A stretch of 56,641 nt of DNA, from the sequence record OW849040.1, one strand, 5' to 3'. Every line of letters begins with the position of its first letter. Position 1 is the stretch's first letter. This stretch comes from a plasmid. Below the pieces are notes generated by a model. It was given only the letters and a program-made list of their open reading frames with translations, had not been told where the DNA came from and ran no database searches. This document shows positions 1 to 9,727 of the stretch, one piece after another. The position numbers and the translations under genes are program-made.

Positions 1-720
1 ATGGATAAGTTGCTGAACAAAAAGATAAAAGTTAAGCAGTCTAACGAGCTTACCGAAGCTGCTTACTACCTCTCGCTAAAAGCAAAGCGCGTTCTCTGGT
101 TATGTCTTATGCAGACGTATTTCACAGCTTCAGTAAGCGAAGATGATGATGAGATGGCTGTACTCGGTGACTCTACTTTCAAAGTAAAGGTGGCTGACTA
201 TGAGCAAATTTTTCAGGTAAGCCGTAACCAGGCTATCAAGGATGTTAAAGAAGGCGTGTTTGAGTTAAGCCGTTCTGCGGTAATCTTTTACCCGAAAGAA
301 GGAAGTTTTGACTGCGTCGCGCGCCCCTGGCTAACAGAGGCTGGCAGCCGATCAGCTCGTGGTATCTGGGAAATCGAATTTAACCATAAACTCCTGCGGT
401 ACATTTACGGCCTGACGAACCAGTTCACCACCTACTCGCTCCGCGATTGTGGCAGTCTTCGAAATCCACGGACGATCCGCCTTTATGAAAGTCTTGCTCA
501 ATTCAAATCTTCAGGCTTATGGGTTACTACTCATGCTTGGTTAAATGACCGTTTCCTTTTGCCGGAATCCCAACAGAAGAACTTGGCAGAGTTGAAACGA
601 TCTTTCCTTGATCCTGCACTCAAGCAGATAAATGAGAAAACACCTTTACTTGCTAAGTATAGTATTGATGATTCAGGAAAATTTCTGTTCTCAATAATTG
701 ATAAGCAAAATCCCGTCTGA
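1..720 (+). CDS. repA: Replication initiator RepA, Rep_3 family, IncN-type
   Basis: 239-aa ORF at the window start, immediately followed by the 37-bp iteron array. Architecture matches IncN (R46/pKM101) repA-iteron replicons. The family name is recalled, not searched. Confidence 0.75.
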   Translation: MDKLLNKKIKVKQSNELTEAAYYLSLKAKRVLWLCLMQTYFTASVSEDDDEMAVLGDSTFKVKVADYEQIFQVSRNQAIKDVKEGVFELSRSAVIFYPKEGSFDCVARPWLTEAGSRSARGIWEIEFNHKLLRYIYGLTNQFTTYSLRDCGSLRNPRTIRLYESLAQFKSSGLWVTTHAWLNDRFLLPESQQKNLAELKRSFLDPALKQINEKTPLLAKYSIDDSGKFLFSIIDKQNPV

Positions 721-774
721 CATAAATCAGCACACATGAGCCTGTCATTTGACAAATTTTTGTCATGAAGATGG

Positions 775-1826
775 GCGAATTTCCACACAGCACCGGCGCC
801 CGGCAAGGTGGGCGGATTCCCACACGGCACCGGCGCCCGGCAAGGTGGGCGGATTCCCACACGGCACCGGCGCCCGGCAAGGTGGGCGGATTCCCACACG
901 GCTCCGGCGCCCGGCAAGGTGGGCGGATTCCCACACGGCACCGGCGCCCGGCAAGGTGGGCGGATTCCCACACGGCTCCGGCGCCCGGAAAGGGTGGGCG
1001 GATTTCCACACAGCACCGGCGCCCGGCAAGGTGGGCGGATTCCCACACGGCACCGGCGCCCGGAAAGGGTGGGCGGATTTCCACACAGCACCGGCGCCCG
1101 GCAAGGTGGGCGGATTTCCACACGGCACCGGCGCCCGGCAAGGTGGGCGGATTCCCACACGGCACCGGCGCCCGGCAAGGTGGGCGGATTCCCACACGGC
1201 TCCGGCGCCCGGCAAGGTGGGCGGATTCCCACACGGCACCGGCGCCCGGCAAGGTGGGCGGATTCCCACACGGCTCCGGCGCCCGGAAAGGGTGGGCGGA
1301 TTTCCACACAGCACCGGCGCCCGGCAAGGTGGGCGGATTCCCACACGGCACCGGCGCCCGGAAAGGGTGGGCGGATTTCCACACAGCACCGGCGCCCGGC
1401 AAGGTGGGCGGATTTCCACACGGCACCGGCGCCCGGCAAGGTGGGGGGATTCCCACACGGCACCGGCGCCCGGCAAGGTGGGCGGATTCCCACACGGCAC
1501 CGGCGCCCGGCAAGGTGGGCGGATTCCCACACAGCACCGGCGCCCGGCAAGGTGGGCGGATTCCCACACAGCACCGGCGCCCGGCAAGGTGGGCGGATTC
1601 CCACACGGCACCGGCGCCCGGCAAGGTGGGCGGATTTCCACACGGCACCGGCACCCGGCAAGGTGGGCGGATTCCCACACGGCACCGGCGCCCGGCAAGG
1701 TGGGCGGATTTCCACACAGCACCGGCGCCCGGAAAGGGTGGGTGGATTCCCACACGGCACCGGCGCCCGGTAAGGTGGGCGGATTTCCACACGACAGCGG
1801 CGCCCGGCAAGATGGGCGGATTCCCA
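775..1826. repeat. Iteron array: about 28 contiguous direct repeats of 37/38 bp (unit attcccacacggcaccggcgcccggcaaggtgggcgg, with gaaaggg / tttcc variants)
   Basis: Direct reading: period 37 (38 in variants with an extra g or t), continuous for about 1.05 kb downstream of repA. It spawns many overlapping artefactual ORFs in all frames. Confidence 0.9.
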
Positions 1827-1844
1827 TATCGACATGTATGTAGC

Positions 1845-2165
1845 TTGTGTTATCCGTGGATTGTGCAGCTCAGCGGGTCGCTGGTCGTATGGCGTAGTGT
1901 CCCCCGTAACCGGCCGCGTGCGGCCGCTAACTCGCAGTACGGCGCCGCGACCCGAAGGCGGGCCGCCGTTCCCGCGCGCAGGCGCGCGGCGCCCACTGCG
2001 CACCCCCGTGGGGGACATACGGCAGCTGTGTGGCGGTGAGCGGGATTAGGGCTTTGCAGGGAGGGGGCTGGGTCGGGCGATACGTTCAGCATTGCGGTTT
2101 CCGGCGATTTGCGGCCGGTGCCCGTTTAACTCCGGCGTGGTCGCCTTCCATGCCCTGACGGCATA
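1845..2165 (+). repeat. GC-rich CUP-associated module (A segment plus P2 segment), promoter-less copy in opposite orientation to the leading-region copies
   Basis: 1845-2040 is the reverse complement of 45541-45740 and of 50884-51095. 2041-2165 matches the reverse complement of the P2 segment (ttccggcgatttgcggccggtg / gtcgccttccatgccctgacgg). The TTGACT/GATAAT promoter part is absent. Confidence 0.6.
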
Positions 2166-2194
2166 AGAAAATAAAACCGCCATGCTGCGGTCAT

Positions 2195-2764
2195 TCATGA
2201 TTTTGTGGTGTAGCGATAAATAGTCATGCGAGAAACGTTGAAGCGCTTAGCAACTGCACCAACTGTCATTTCAGGATCAGCAAGTAAGATTCTAATTTGT
2301 TTAACATCTTCTTCAGAAAGTGACGGTTTTCTCCCTCCCACACGGCCCCTTGCGCGTGCAGCTGCAAGGCCTGAGCGCGTTCTTTCAATATTGCGGTTGC
2401 GTTCAAAGCTAGAGAATATCGCCATCAGATGAGTATAGATTTCCCCTATAACTGGCGCATTTGTGTCTATTCTGTCCTTGATGGCTATGAAAGTTATTCC
2501 GCGTTTCTTCAGGTCGTCGAGTAAAGTAATGACTTGACCCAATGAACCGCCGAGCCGATCTAGTGCCCAAACTACTAGGGTATCTCCCTCGCGCAATGCT
2601 TTCAGGCAGTTCTCCAGTTCCGGCGCACCTTTTTTGTCGCGCTTTGGGCCGCTACGTGAGGTCTGATCCTGATAGATTTGCTCACATCCAGCTTTTGTTA
2701 GTTCGTCAACCTGGTGCGCCACATCCTGAAGATGCGTAGATTTACGTGCATAGCCGATTTTCAT
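2195..2764 (-). CDS. resP: Serine recombinase / resolvase (plasmid multimer resolution, resP-like)
   Basis: N-terminal MKIGYARKST catalytic-serine motif and C-terminal HTH. 189 aa. Adjacent to the replicon as in IncN plasmids. Confidence 0.7.
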   Translation of the reverse strand: MKIGYARKSTHLQDVAHQVDELTKAGCEQIYQDQTSRSGPKRDKKGAPELENCLKALREGDTLVVWALDRLGGSLGQVITLLDDLKKRGITFIAIKDRIDTNAPVIGEIYTHLMAIFSSFERNRNIERTRSGLAAARARGRVGGRKPSLSEEDVKQIRILLADPEMTVGAVAKRFNVSRMTIYRYTTKS

Positions 2765-3156
2765 TCTTTTCTCGCTAATTAGTTATGGGGTTATTGTTAT
2801 GTTGATACAGTAACGAGTTTTGTTACATGAGGGGAGTCATTTTTCGGGAGAAGTCAGGACTTTTCAAGACTGTCACAAAAACCATCGTTTTTGATACATT
2901 AATTTAACCAATAGGTTGCAGATCAAATCGCCTGTAACAGCCTTTCTGGCTGTTTGTCGTTTTCAGAAGACGGCTGCACTGAACGTCAGAAGCCGACTGC
3001 ACTATAGCAGCGGAGGGGTTGGATCCATCAGGCAACGACGGGCTGCTGCCGGCCATCAGCGGACGCAGGGAGGACTTTCCGCAACCGGCCGTTCGATGCG
3101 GCACCGATGGCCTTCGCGCAGGGGTAGTGAATCCGCCAGGATTGACTTGCGCTGCC

Positions 3157-4170
3157 CTACCTCTCACTAGTGAGGGGCGGCAGCGCATCAAGCGGTGAGC
3201 GCACTCCGGCACCGCCAACTTTCAGCACATGCGTGTAAATCATCGTCGTAGAGACGTCGGAATGGCCGAGCAGATCCTGCACGGTTCGAATGTCGTAACC
3301 GCTGCGGAGCAAGGCCGTCGCGAACGAGTGGCGGAGGGTGTGCGGTGTGGCGGGCTTCGTGATGCCTGCTTGTTCTACGGCACGTTTGAAGGCGCGCTGA
3401 AAGGTCTGGTCATACATGTGATGGCGACGCACGACACCGCTCCGTGGATCGGTCGAATGCGTGTGCTGCGCAAAAACCCAGAACCACGGCCAGGAATGCC
3501 CGGCGCGCGGATACTTCCGCTCAAGGGCGTCGGGAAGCGCAACGCCGCTGCGGCCCTCGGCCTGGTCCTTCAGCCACCATGCCCGTGCACGCGACAGCTG
3601 CTCGCGCAGGCTGGGTGCCAAGCTCTCGGGTAACATCAAGGCCCGATCCTTGGAGCCCTTGCCCTCCCGCACGATGATCGTGCCGTGATCGAAATCCAGA
3701 TCCTTGACCCGCAGTTGCAAACCCTCACTGATCCGCATGCCCGTTCCATACAGAAGCTGGGCGAACAAACGATGCTCGCCTTCCAGAAAACCGAGGATGC
3801 GAACCACTTCATCCGGGGTCAGCACCACCGGCAAGCGCCGCGACGGCCGAGGTCTTCCGATCTCCTGAAGCCAGGGCAGATCCGTGCACAGCACCTTGCC
3901 GTAGAAGAACAGCAAGGCCGCCAATGCCTGACGATGCGTGGAGACCGAAACCTTGCGCTCGTTCGCCAGCCAGGACAGAAATGCCTCGACTTCGCTGCTG
4001 CCCAAGGTTGCCGGGTGACGCACACCGTGGAAACGGATGAAGGCACGAACCCAGTGGACATAAGCCTGTTCGGTTCGTAAACTGTAATGCAAGTAGCGTA
4101 TGCGCTCACGCAACTGGTCCAGAACCTTGACCGAACGCAGCGGTGGTAACGGCGCAGTGGCGGTTTTCAT
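3157..4170 (-). CDS. intI1: Class 1 integron integrase IntI1
   Basis: 337-aa tyrosine recombinase with the characteristic IntI1 sequence ([44 protein letters not shown]...). Confidence 0.95.
4055..4083 (+). promoter_or_regulatory. Integron cassette promoter Pc, hybrid variant (TGGACA-N17-TAAACT, PcH1-type). Downstream P2 (TTGTTA-N14-TACAGT) lacks the GGG insertion and is presumably inactive
   Basis: Hexamers and spacing read directly within the 5-prime part of intI1 on the cassette-coding strand. Confidence 0.7.
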
Positions 4171-4316
4171 GGCTTGTTATGACTGTTTTTTTGTACAGTC
4201 TATGCCTCGGGCATCCAAGCAGCAAGCGCGTTACGCCGTGGGTCGATGTTTGATGTTATGGAGCAGCAACGATGTTACGCAGCAGGGCAGTCGCCCTAAA
4301 ACAAAGTTAACCCAGG

Positions 4317-4799
4317 ATGAGAACCTTGAAAGTATCATTGATGGCTGCGAAAGCGAAAAACGGCGTGATTGGTTGCGGTCCAGACATACCCTGGTCCGCG
4401 AAAGGGGAGCAGCTACTTTTTAAAGCATTGACCTACAATCAGTGGCTTCTGGTGGGTCGCAAGACGTTTGAATCTATGGGCGCACTCCCCAATAGGAAAT
4501 ACGCGGTCGTTACCCGCTCAGGTTGGACATCAAATGATGACAATGTAGTTGTATTTCAGTCAATCGAAGAGGCCATGGACAGGCTAGCTGAATTCACCGG
4601 TCACGTTATAGTGTCTGGTGGCGGAGAAATTTACCGAGAAACATTACCCATGGCCTCTACGCTCCACTTATCGACGATCGACATCGAGCCAGAGGGGGAT
4701 GTTTTCTTCCCGAGTATTCCAAATACCTTCGAAGTTGTTTTTGAGCAACACTTTACTTCAAACATTAACTATTGCTATCAAATTTGGAAAAAGGGTTAA
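4317..4799 (+). CDS. dfrA14: Trimethoprim-resistant dihydrofolate reductase, dfrA5/dfrA14 group (dfrA14-like) gene cassette
   Basis: 160-aa ORF after attI1 with typical DfrA sequence ([53 protein letters not shown]...). Allele assignment is from memory and could be dfrA5/14/30. The native start may be the internal TTG giving MKVSLMAAK. Confidence 0.8.
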   Translation: MRTLKVSLMAAKAKNGVIGCGPDIPWSAKGEQLLFKALTYNQWLLVGRKTFESMGALPNRKYAVVTRSGWTSNDDNVVVFQSIEEAMDRLAEFTGHVIVSGGGEIYRETLPMASTLHLSTIDIEPEGDVFFPSIPNTFEVVFEQHFTSNINYCYQIWKKG

Positions 4800-5010
4800 C
4801 AAAGCTATGCAATCGACGGCAAAAAGCTTCGTTCGCTTCGCGCACTACGCCTTTTCCGCGATTGATAGCGACGTTATGTGAATATTGAAATGAGCATTCC
4901 AAAGAAAGGAAGTAGAAAAATTATCGTGGGCGAAAATGAGTTTTTGTGGCTCATTAGGTCAAAACTCACATATTCGCAGGACTGTTTAGGTACAGAAATG
5001 ACTGCGGTCG

Positions 5011-5244
5011 TTGAACCGGATGCCGGTCCTCACTGATGAAGAAGTGAACACCGTACGGGAATCGTGCCGGCAGCTTGGAGCTATCGGCCGGAACCTCAAC
5101 CAGGTGGCCAGGGCCTTGAACATCGAGTTCAGGGAAAGTGACAAGCTCAAGCAAGAGGCCATCGAAAAACTGGCCGAACGGATCGACCAGCATTTGGACC
5201 ATGTGTCTGAGCTGTTCGATAAGACCTGGAGCCGGTGGCACGAT
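5011..5244 (+). pseudogene. mobC: mobC-like relaxosome accessory gene fragment from a small mobilisable plasmid, truncated by IRt
   Basis: The ORF (MNRMPVLTDEEVNTVRESCRQLGAIGRNLNQVARALN...) runs straight into the 25-bp IRt at 5245, so the last residues are IR-encoded. It occupies the place of the 3'-conserved segment. Confidence 0.55.
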
Positions 5245-5367
5245 TGTCATTTTCAGAAGACGACTGCACCAGTTGATTGGGCGTAATGGCTGTTGTGCAG
5301 CCAGCTCCTGACAGTTCAATATCAGAAGTGATCTGCACCAATCTCGACTATGCTCAATACTCGTGTG
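5245..5367. repeat. 123-bp IRt-end fragment (IRt 5245-5269), inverted relative to the copy at 6248-6399
   Basis: Exact reverse-complement relationship with 6277-6399 read directly. Confidence 0.85.
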
Positions 5368-6247
5368 GGCTCTGTTGCAAAAATCGTGAAGCTTGAGCAT
5401 GCTTGGCGGAGATTGGACGGACGGAACGATGACGGATTTCAAGTGGCGCCATTTCCAGGGTGATGTGATCCTGTGGGCGGTGCGCTGGTATTGTCGCTAT
5501 CCGATCAGCTATCGCGACCTTGAGGAAATGCTGGCGGAACGCGGCATTTCGGTCGACCATACGACGATCTATCGCTGGGTCCAGTGCTACGCCCCGGAGA
5601 TGGAGAAGCGGCTGCGCTGGTTCTGGCGGCGTGGCTTTGATCCGAGCTGGCGCCTGGATGAAACCTACGTCAAGGTGCGGGGCAAGTGGACCTACCTGTA
5701 CCGGGCAGTCGACAAGCGGGGCGACACGATCGATTTCTACCTGTCGCCGACCCGCAGCGCCAAGGCAGCGAAGCGGTTCCTGGGCAAGGCCCTGCGAGGC
5801 CTGAAGCACTGGGAAAAGCCTGCCACGCTCAATACCGACAAAGCGCCGAGCTATGGTGCAGCGATCACCGAATTGAAGCGCGAAGGAAAGCTGGACCGGG
5901 AGACGGCCCACCGGCAGGTGAAGTATCTCAATAACGTGATCGAGGCCGATCACGGAAAGCTCAAGATACTGATCAAGCCGGTGCGCGGTTTCAAATCGAT
6001 CCCCACGGCCTATGCCACGATCAAGGGATTCGAAGTCATGCGAGCCCTGCGCAAAGGACAGGCTCGCCCCTGGTGCCTGCAGCCCGGCATCAGGGGCGAG
6101 GTGCGCCTTGTGGAGAGAGCTTTTGGCATTGGGCCCTCGGCGCTGACGGAGGCCATGGGCATGCTCAACCACCATTTCGCAGCAGCCGCCTGATCGGCGC
6201 AGAGCGACAGCCTACCTCTGACTGCCGCCAATCTTTGCAACAGAGCC
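5368..6247 (+). mobile_element. IS6100 (IS6 family), 880 bp
   Basis: Terminal ggctctgttgcaaa at 5368 and its complement ending at 6247. Internal transposase matches IS6100. Confidence 0.9.
5429..6193 (+). CDS. tnpA: IS6100 transposase
   Basis: MTDFKWRHFQGDVILWAVRWYCRYPISYRDLEEMLAERGISVDHTTIYRWVQ... DDE IS6-family transposase. Confidence 0.9.
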   Translation: MTDFKWRHFQGDVILWAVRWYCRYPISYRDLEEMLAERGISVDHTTIYRWVQCYAPEMEKRLRWFWRRGFDPSWRLDETYVKVRGKWTYLYRAVDKRGDTIDFYLSPTRSAKAAKRFLGKALRGLKHWEKPATLNTDKAPSYGAAITELKREGKLDRETAHRQVKYLNNVIEADHGKLKILIKPVRGFKSIPTAYATIKGFEVMRALRKGQARPWCLQPGIRGEVRLVERAFGIGPSALTEAMGMLNHHFAAAA

Positions 6248-6399
6248 TCCGTCGCCATGCTCACCTCGCTTTGGTGCACACGAGTATTGAGCATAGTCGA
6301 GATTGGTGCAGATCACTTCTGATATTGAACTGTCAGGAGCTGGCTGCACAACAGCCATTACGCCCAATCAACTGGTGCAGTCGTCTTCTGAAAATGACA
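6248..6399. repeat. 152-bp IRt-end fragment ending in IRt (6375-6399). This is the In4-type structure of IS6100 flanked by inversely oriented 123-bp and 152-bp IRt ends
   Basis: 6277-6399 is the exact reverse complement of 5245-5367, and 6248-6276 extends it by 29 bp. Confidence 0.85.
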
Positions 6400-6453
6400 C
6401 TGTTTGTATATAATCATGAAAAAATGGTGAGTAGAGTTTCAGGGTAACAGGGG

Positions 6454-7668
6454 ATGCTTATGTCGGTTTTCCACAACTGGCTACTTGAGATCGCATGTGA
6501 GAATTACTTCGTCTACATCAAACGCCTTTCCGCCAACGATACCGGCGCAACAGGTGGTCACCAGGTAGGGCTTTATATCCCTTCAGGTATCGTTGAAAAA
6601 CTCTTTCCGTCTATCAACCATACCCGTGAACTGAACCCTTCGGTTTTTCTCACCGCACATGTGTCATCGCATGATTGCCCTGACAGCGAAGCCAGGGCAA
6701 TTTATTATAACAGCCGTCATTTTGGTAAAACCCGGAATGAAAAAAGGATTACCCGCTGGGGTAGAGGCAGCCCACTTCAGGATCCTGAAAATACAGGGGC
6801 TCTGACGCTCCTGGCTTTCAAGCTTGATGAGCAAGGGGGGGACTGTAAGGAAGTAAATATTTGGGTATGCGCCAGCACTGATGAAGAGGACGTCATTGAG
6901 ACCGCTATTGGTGAAGTTATACCCGGAGCGCTTATATCCGGCCCCGCAGGACAGATTCTAGGCGGACTATCTCTACAGCAAGCGCCAGTAAATCATAAAT
7001 ATATTCTACCTGAAGACTGGCACCTGCGCTTTCCGTCGGGAAGTGAAATTATTCAGTATGCAGCCAGCCATTATGTGAAAAATTCCCTTGATCCGGATGA
7101 GCAACTTCTTGACCGCCGGCGCGTGGAGTACGACATATTTCTATTGGTTGAGGAACTGCATGTTCTGGATATCATCCGGAAAGGATTTGGCTCTGTGGAT
7201 GAATTTATTGCGCTGGCCAATTCTGTCAGCAATCGCCGTAAATCCAGAGCCGGGAAGTCGCTGGAACTGCACCTGGAGCATCTATTCATTGAGCACGGCC
7301 TGCGACACTTTGCGACGCAGGCCATCACAGAAGGTAATAAAAAACCCGATTTCCTTTTCCCTTCCGCAGGGGCTTACCACGATACTGAGTTTCCCGTAGA
7401 AAATCTGCGCATGCTGGCAGTCAAGACTACCTGTAAGGATCGCTGGCGTCAGATACTGAATGAGGCCGATAAAATTCATCAGGTGCATCTGTTTACACTC
7501 CAGGAGGGAGTTTCTCTGGCTCAATATCGGGAGATGCGGGAGTCGGGTGTCAGATTGGTCGTGCCATCATCTCTGCACAAAAAATACCCGGAGGCGGTGA
7601 GAGCTGAGCTAATGACGCTAGGTGCGTTTATTGCTGAGCTGACAGGGCTTTACGCAGATATTCCATAG
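6454..7668 (+). CDS. ecoRIIR: Type IIE restriction endonuclease EcoRII (CCWGG)
   Basis: 404-aa ORF recognised from memory of the EcoRII sequence (MSVFHNWLLEIACENYFVYIKRLSANDTGATGGHQVGLYIPSG...). Convergent with the C5-methyltransferase gene, as in the EcoRII system. Confidence 0.75.
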   Translation: MLMSVFHNWLLEIACENYFVYIKRLSANDTGATGGHQVGLYIPSGIVEKLFPSINHTRELNPSVFLTAHVSSHDCPDSEARAIYYNSRHFGKTRNEKRITRWGRGSPLQDPENTGALTLLAFKLDEQGGDCKEVNIWVCASTDEEDVIETAIGEVIPGALISGPAGQILGGLSLQQAPVNHKYILPEDWHLRFPSGSEIIQYAASHYVKNSLDPDEQLLDRRRVEYDIFLLVEELHVLDIIRKGFGSVDEFIALANSVSNRRKSRAGKSLELHLEHLFIEHGLRHFATQAITEGNKKPDFLFPSAGAYHDTEFPVENLRMLAVKTTCKDRWRQILNEADKIHQVHLFTLQEGVSLAQYREMRESGVRLVVPSSLHKKYPEAVRAELMTLGAFIAELTGLYADIP

Positions 7669-7701
7669 ATTATCTCCCGGCATAAATACCGGGAGGAGCG
7701 A

Positions 7702-9135
7702 TCAGATTCGTTCAACCTTGCACGAATCGGCATTAACCGCTTTCAGGATATAAGGTTCAAGCAGTTTGGCTACGGCTTCAAACACGGGCACCACTACGGA
7801 GTTACCGAACTGCCTGTACGACTGAGTGTCTGACACAGGAATGCGAAAAGGCCTGCCATCTACTTTTTCAAAACCCATAAGGCGCGCGCACTCTCGCGGA
7901 GTCAGCCTGCGGGGCCGATGCGCCTGATTTTCTTCGTTCGCGAAGTCTGTTTCACCTGTGGCCATATCCCAGCCACGGTCTATCAGAATTTCAGACCCGT
8001 CTTTGTGATAGCGAGCAGAAAGCGTACGGGCAATGCTTTCTTTATTTTCAGGATTAACGAGGCCAAAACCGAATCCGTTACCCTTAGCTGCGTGCTTTTT
8101 GGCGTAGTTATAGAGATACTCCCAGAGTTTCGGCGTCAGTATATATTTGCTGTCAACCACGGGTTCCAGCAGTTCGCCAAATGACGGACGCTGTTCCGGA
8201 TAAAAACGACTAATATCGCGCAGGGTAAAGCCCTGGTGAATGTTCAGATCACGGCGGAAACCGACCAAAACGATACGTTCTCGGTGCTGAGGTAAAAAGT
8301 GCTTTCCGTCGATAACTTTAGGATCGTTTTTGCCCATCTCAGCTGCATCCGCAACTTCATAGCCCAGTTCGTCGAGGGTATCCATGATGACTTTAAAGGT
8401 TTTACCCTTGTCATGGCTCTTCAGGTTTTTAACGTTTTCAAGAACAAAGATGGCAGGTTTTTTTGCGCGGATAATACGCGCCACATCGAAGAAAAGCGTT
8501 CCCTGAGCCTCACATTCGAAACCATGCGCGCGCCCGAGCGAGTTTTTCTTGCTTACGCCCGCAAGGCTAAACGGTTGACAGGGGAAACCTGCTAGAAGTA
8601 CATCATGATCCGGCACATGCTCATTAATGTAAGCATAGGCATCGTTTTCAGGTACTTCAGGTTTATCACTGAGCGTGACTTCACGAATATCGAGATTGAA
8701 AGTGTGTTCCTGAGCATCGTTAAACCAGTTAGCTTTATATGTGCGCACAGCCTCTTTATTCCATTCACTGGTAAAAACGCACTGGCCACCGATGGTTTCG
8801 AAGCCCTTCCGTATACCTCCAATCCCAGCAAACAGGTCAATAAACCGGAAGGCATAGTCAGGGTGATGTGCAGGCGCTTCCGGAAGCATTTTTCGTAGAA
8901 GTTCCTCTTCGGCTAACGTCAGCGTCTTAGGTGAGCACTTACCATTAATCCAGCGATTAAGAGTCTCGCGACTCCACTCATTTTTACCAACTTTTCTAAG
9001 CAGTTCAGCCACGTACTTCTGGTCATAGATTTCCAGCACCTGCCCGAGCAGCTTTTTATCATTTTCCTGTCGCAGTTGTTCTTCCGCTTCTGCTTTCTCA
9101 AGCAGATCCTGCGCCAGTAATTCAAATTCAGACAT
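7702..9135 (-). CDS. ecoRIIM: C5-cytosine DNA methyltransferase M.EcoRII (Dcm-like)
   Basis: 477 aa from MSEFELLAQ (GGAGG RBS 5 nt upstream). Motifs FAGIGG, PCQ and ENV present. The ORF-track start at 9177 is an upstream in-frame extension. Confidence 0.85.
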
Positions 9136-9237
9136 ATTGCCTCCATTGGGTCTTATGGGTGAAACTGTATCACTCATTTGACCCAGATTGAATGTTTTTA
9201 TCTGGATATTTAAACAGGTTTATTGTTAGGTAACGCA

Positions 9238-9521
9238 CGTTGGCCACGCTGGAGCGTCTTCTGGGCCTGCTGTCGGCCTTTGAGGTCGTGGTATGGATGA
9301 CGGATGGCTGGCCGCTGTATGAACCCCGCCTGAAGGGAAAGCTGCACGTTATCAGCAAGCGTTACACTCAGCGCATTGAGCGACATAACCTGAATCTGAG
9401 ACAACATCTGGCAAGGCTGGGACGGAAGTCACTGTCGTTCTCAAAATCGGTGGAGCTGCATGACAAGGTCATCGGGCATTATCTGAACATAAAACACTAT
9501 CAGTAAGTTGGAGTCATTACC
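9238..9521 (+). mobile_element. IS1 remnant (3-prime about 0.28 kb: insB C-terminal part plus right IR)
   Basis: ORF 9240-9506 equals the IS1 InsB C-terminus ([47 protein letters not shown]). IS1 IR ggtaatgactccaacttactgat as its complement ends at 9521. Confidence 0.75.
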
Positions 9522-9723
9522 GGTTCTCTTTGTCTTTTAGTGATTCTATAAACCTCATTACGTCTGAATATAAAAATCTATTATTTGATTTATGTGGCTC
9601 ATGAGGTTGTGGGATGGTCTTGTTTTTGAATGTGCCAGTTTTCTTAATGGCAAAGATTAACTCACCTTCTGTTATTCCTAACATTTCAGCAAATGTTTTT
9701 GCTTCTATAGTTACTGACTTCAT
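9517..9723 (-). CDS. Small HTH DNA-binding protein (AlpA/excisionase-like fold suggested)
   Basis: 68 aa with KTFAEMLGITEGEL helix-turn-helix-like segment. 4-bp gap to the upstream gene suggests an operon. Confidence 0.4.
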   Translation of the reverse strand: MKSVTIEAKTFAEMLGITEGELIFAIKKTGTFKNKTIPQPHEPHKSNNRFLYSDVMRFIESLKDKENR

Positions 9724-9727
9724 TTAA

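Larger units (their letters stand above)
2955..6399. mobile_element. Tn402-family class 1 integron (truncated In4-like), bounded by IRi (2955-2979) and IRt (6375-6399), with 5-bp target duplication CTGTT (2950-2954 and 6400-6404)
   Basis: IRi tgtcgttttcagaagacggctgcac and IRt (as gtgcagtcgtcttctgaaaatgaca) read directly. Identical CTGTT immediately outside both. Backbone sequence is continuous across the element. Confidence 0.85.

Noticed and set aside
775-1826. Iteron array as a possible CRISPR array
   Set aside because: Repeats are directly contiguous with no unique spacers, and no cas genes nearby. Position after repA fits iterons.
531-2092. Seven or more long overlapping ORFs on both strands (for example 531-2018 minus, 765-2039 plus) with Pro/Gly/Arg-rich repetitive translations
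   Set aside because: They are translations of the 37-bp iteron array and the GC-rich A repeat in all frames, with no independent start or RBS support.
3229-4109. ORFs antisense to or overlapping intI1 (3229-3633, 3444-3688, 3685-4080, 3819-4109)
   Set aside because: Embedded in the well-defined intI1 gene. Typical high-GC antisense artefacts.
4800-4900. Exact attC (59-be) boundaries of the dfrA cassette
   Set aside because: A GTTRRRY-type core could not be placed unambiguously by eye. Left unannotated rather than guessed.
9170-9407. Minus-strand ORFs 9170-9358 and 9210-9407 upstream of ecoRIIM
   Set aside because: Antisense to the IS1 insB fragment. Likely artefacts.
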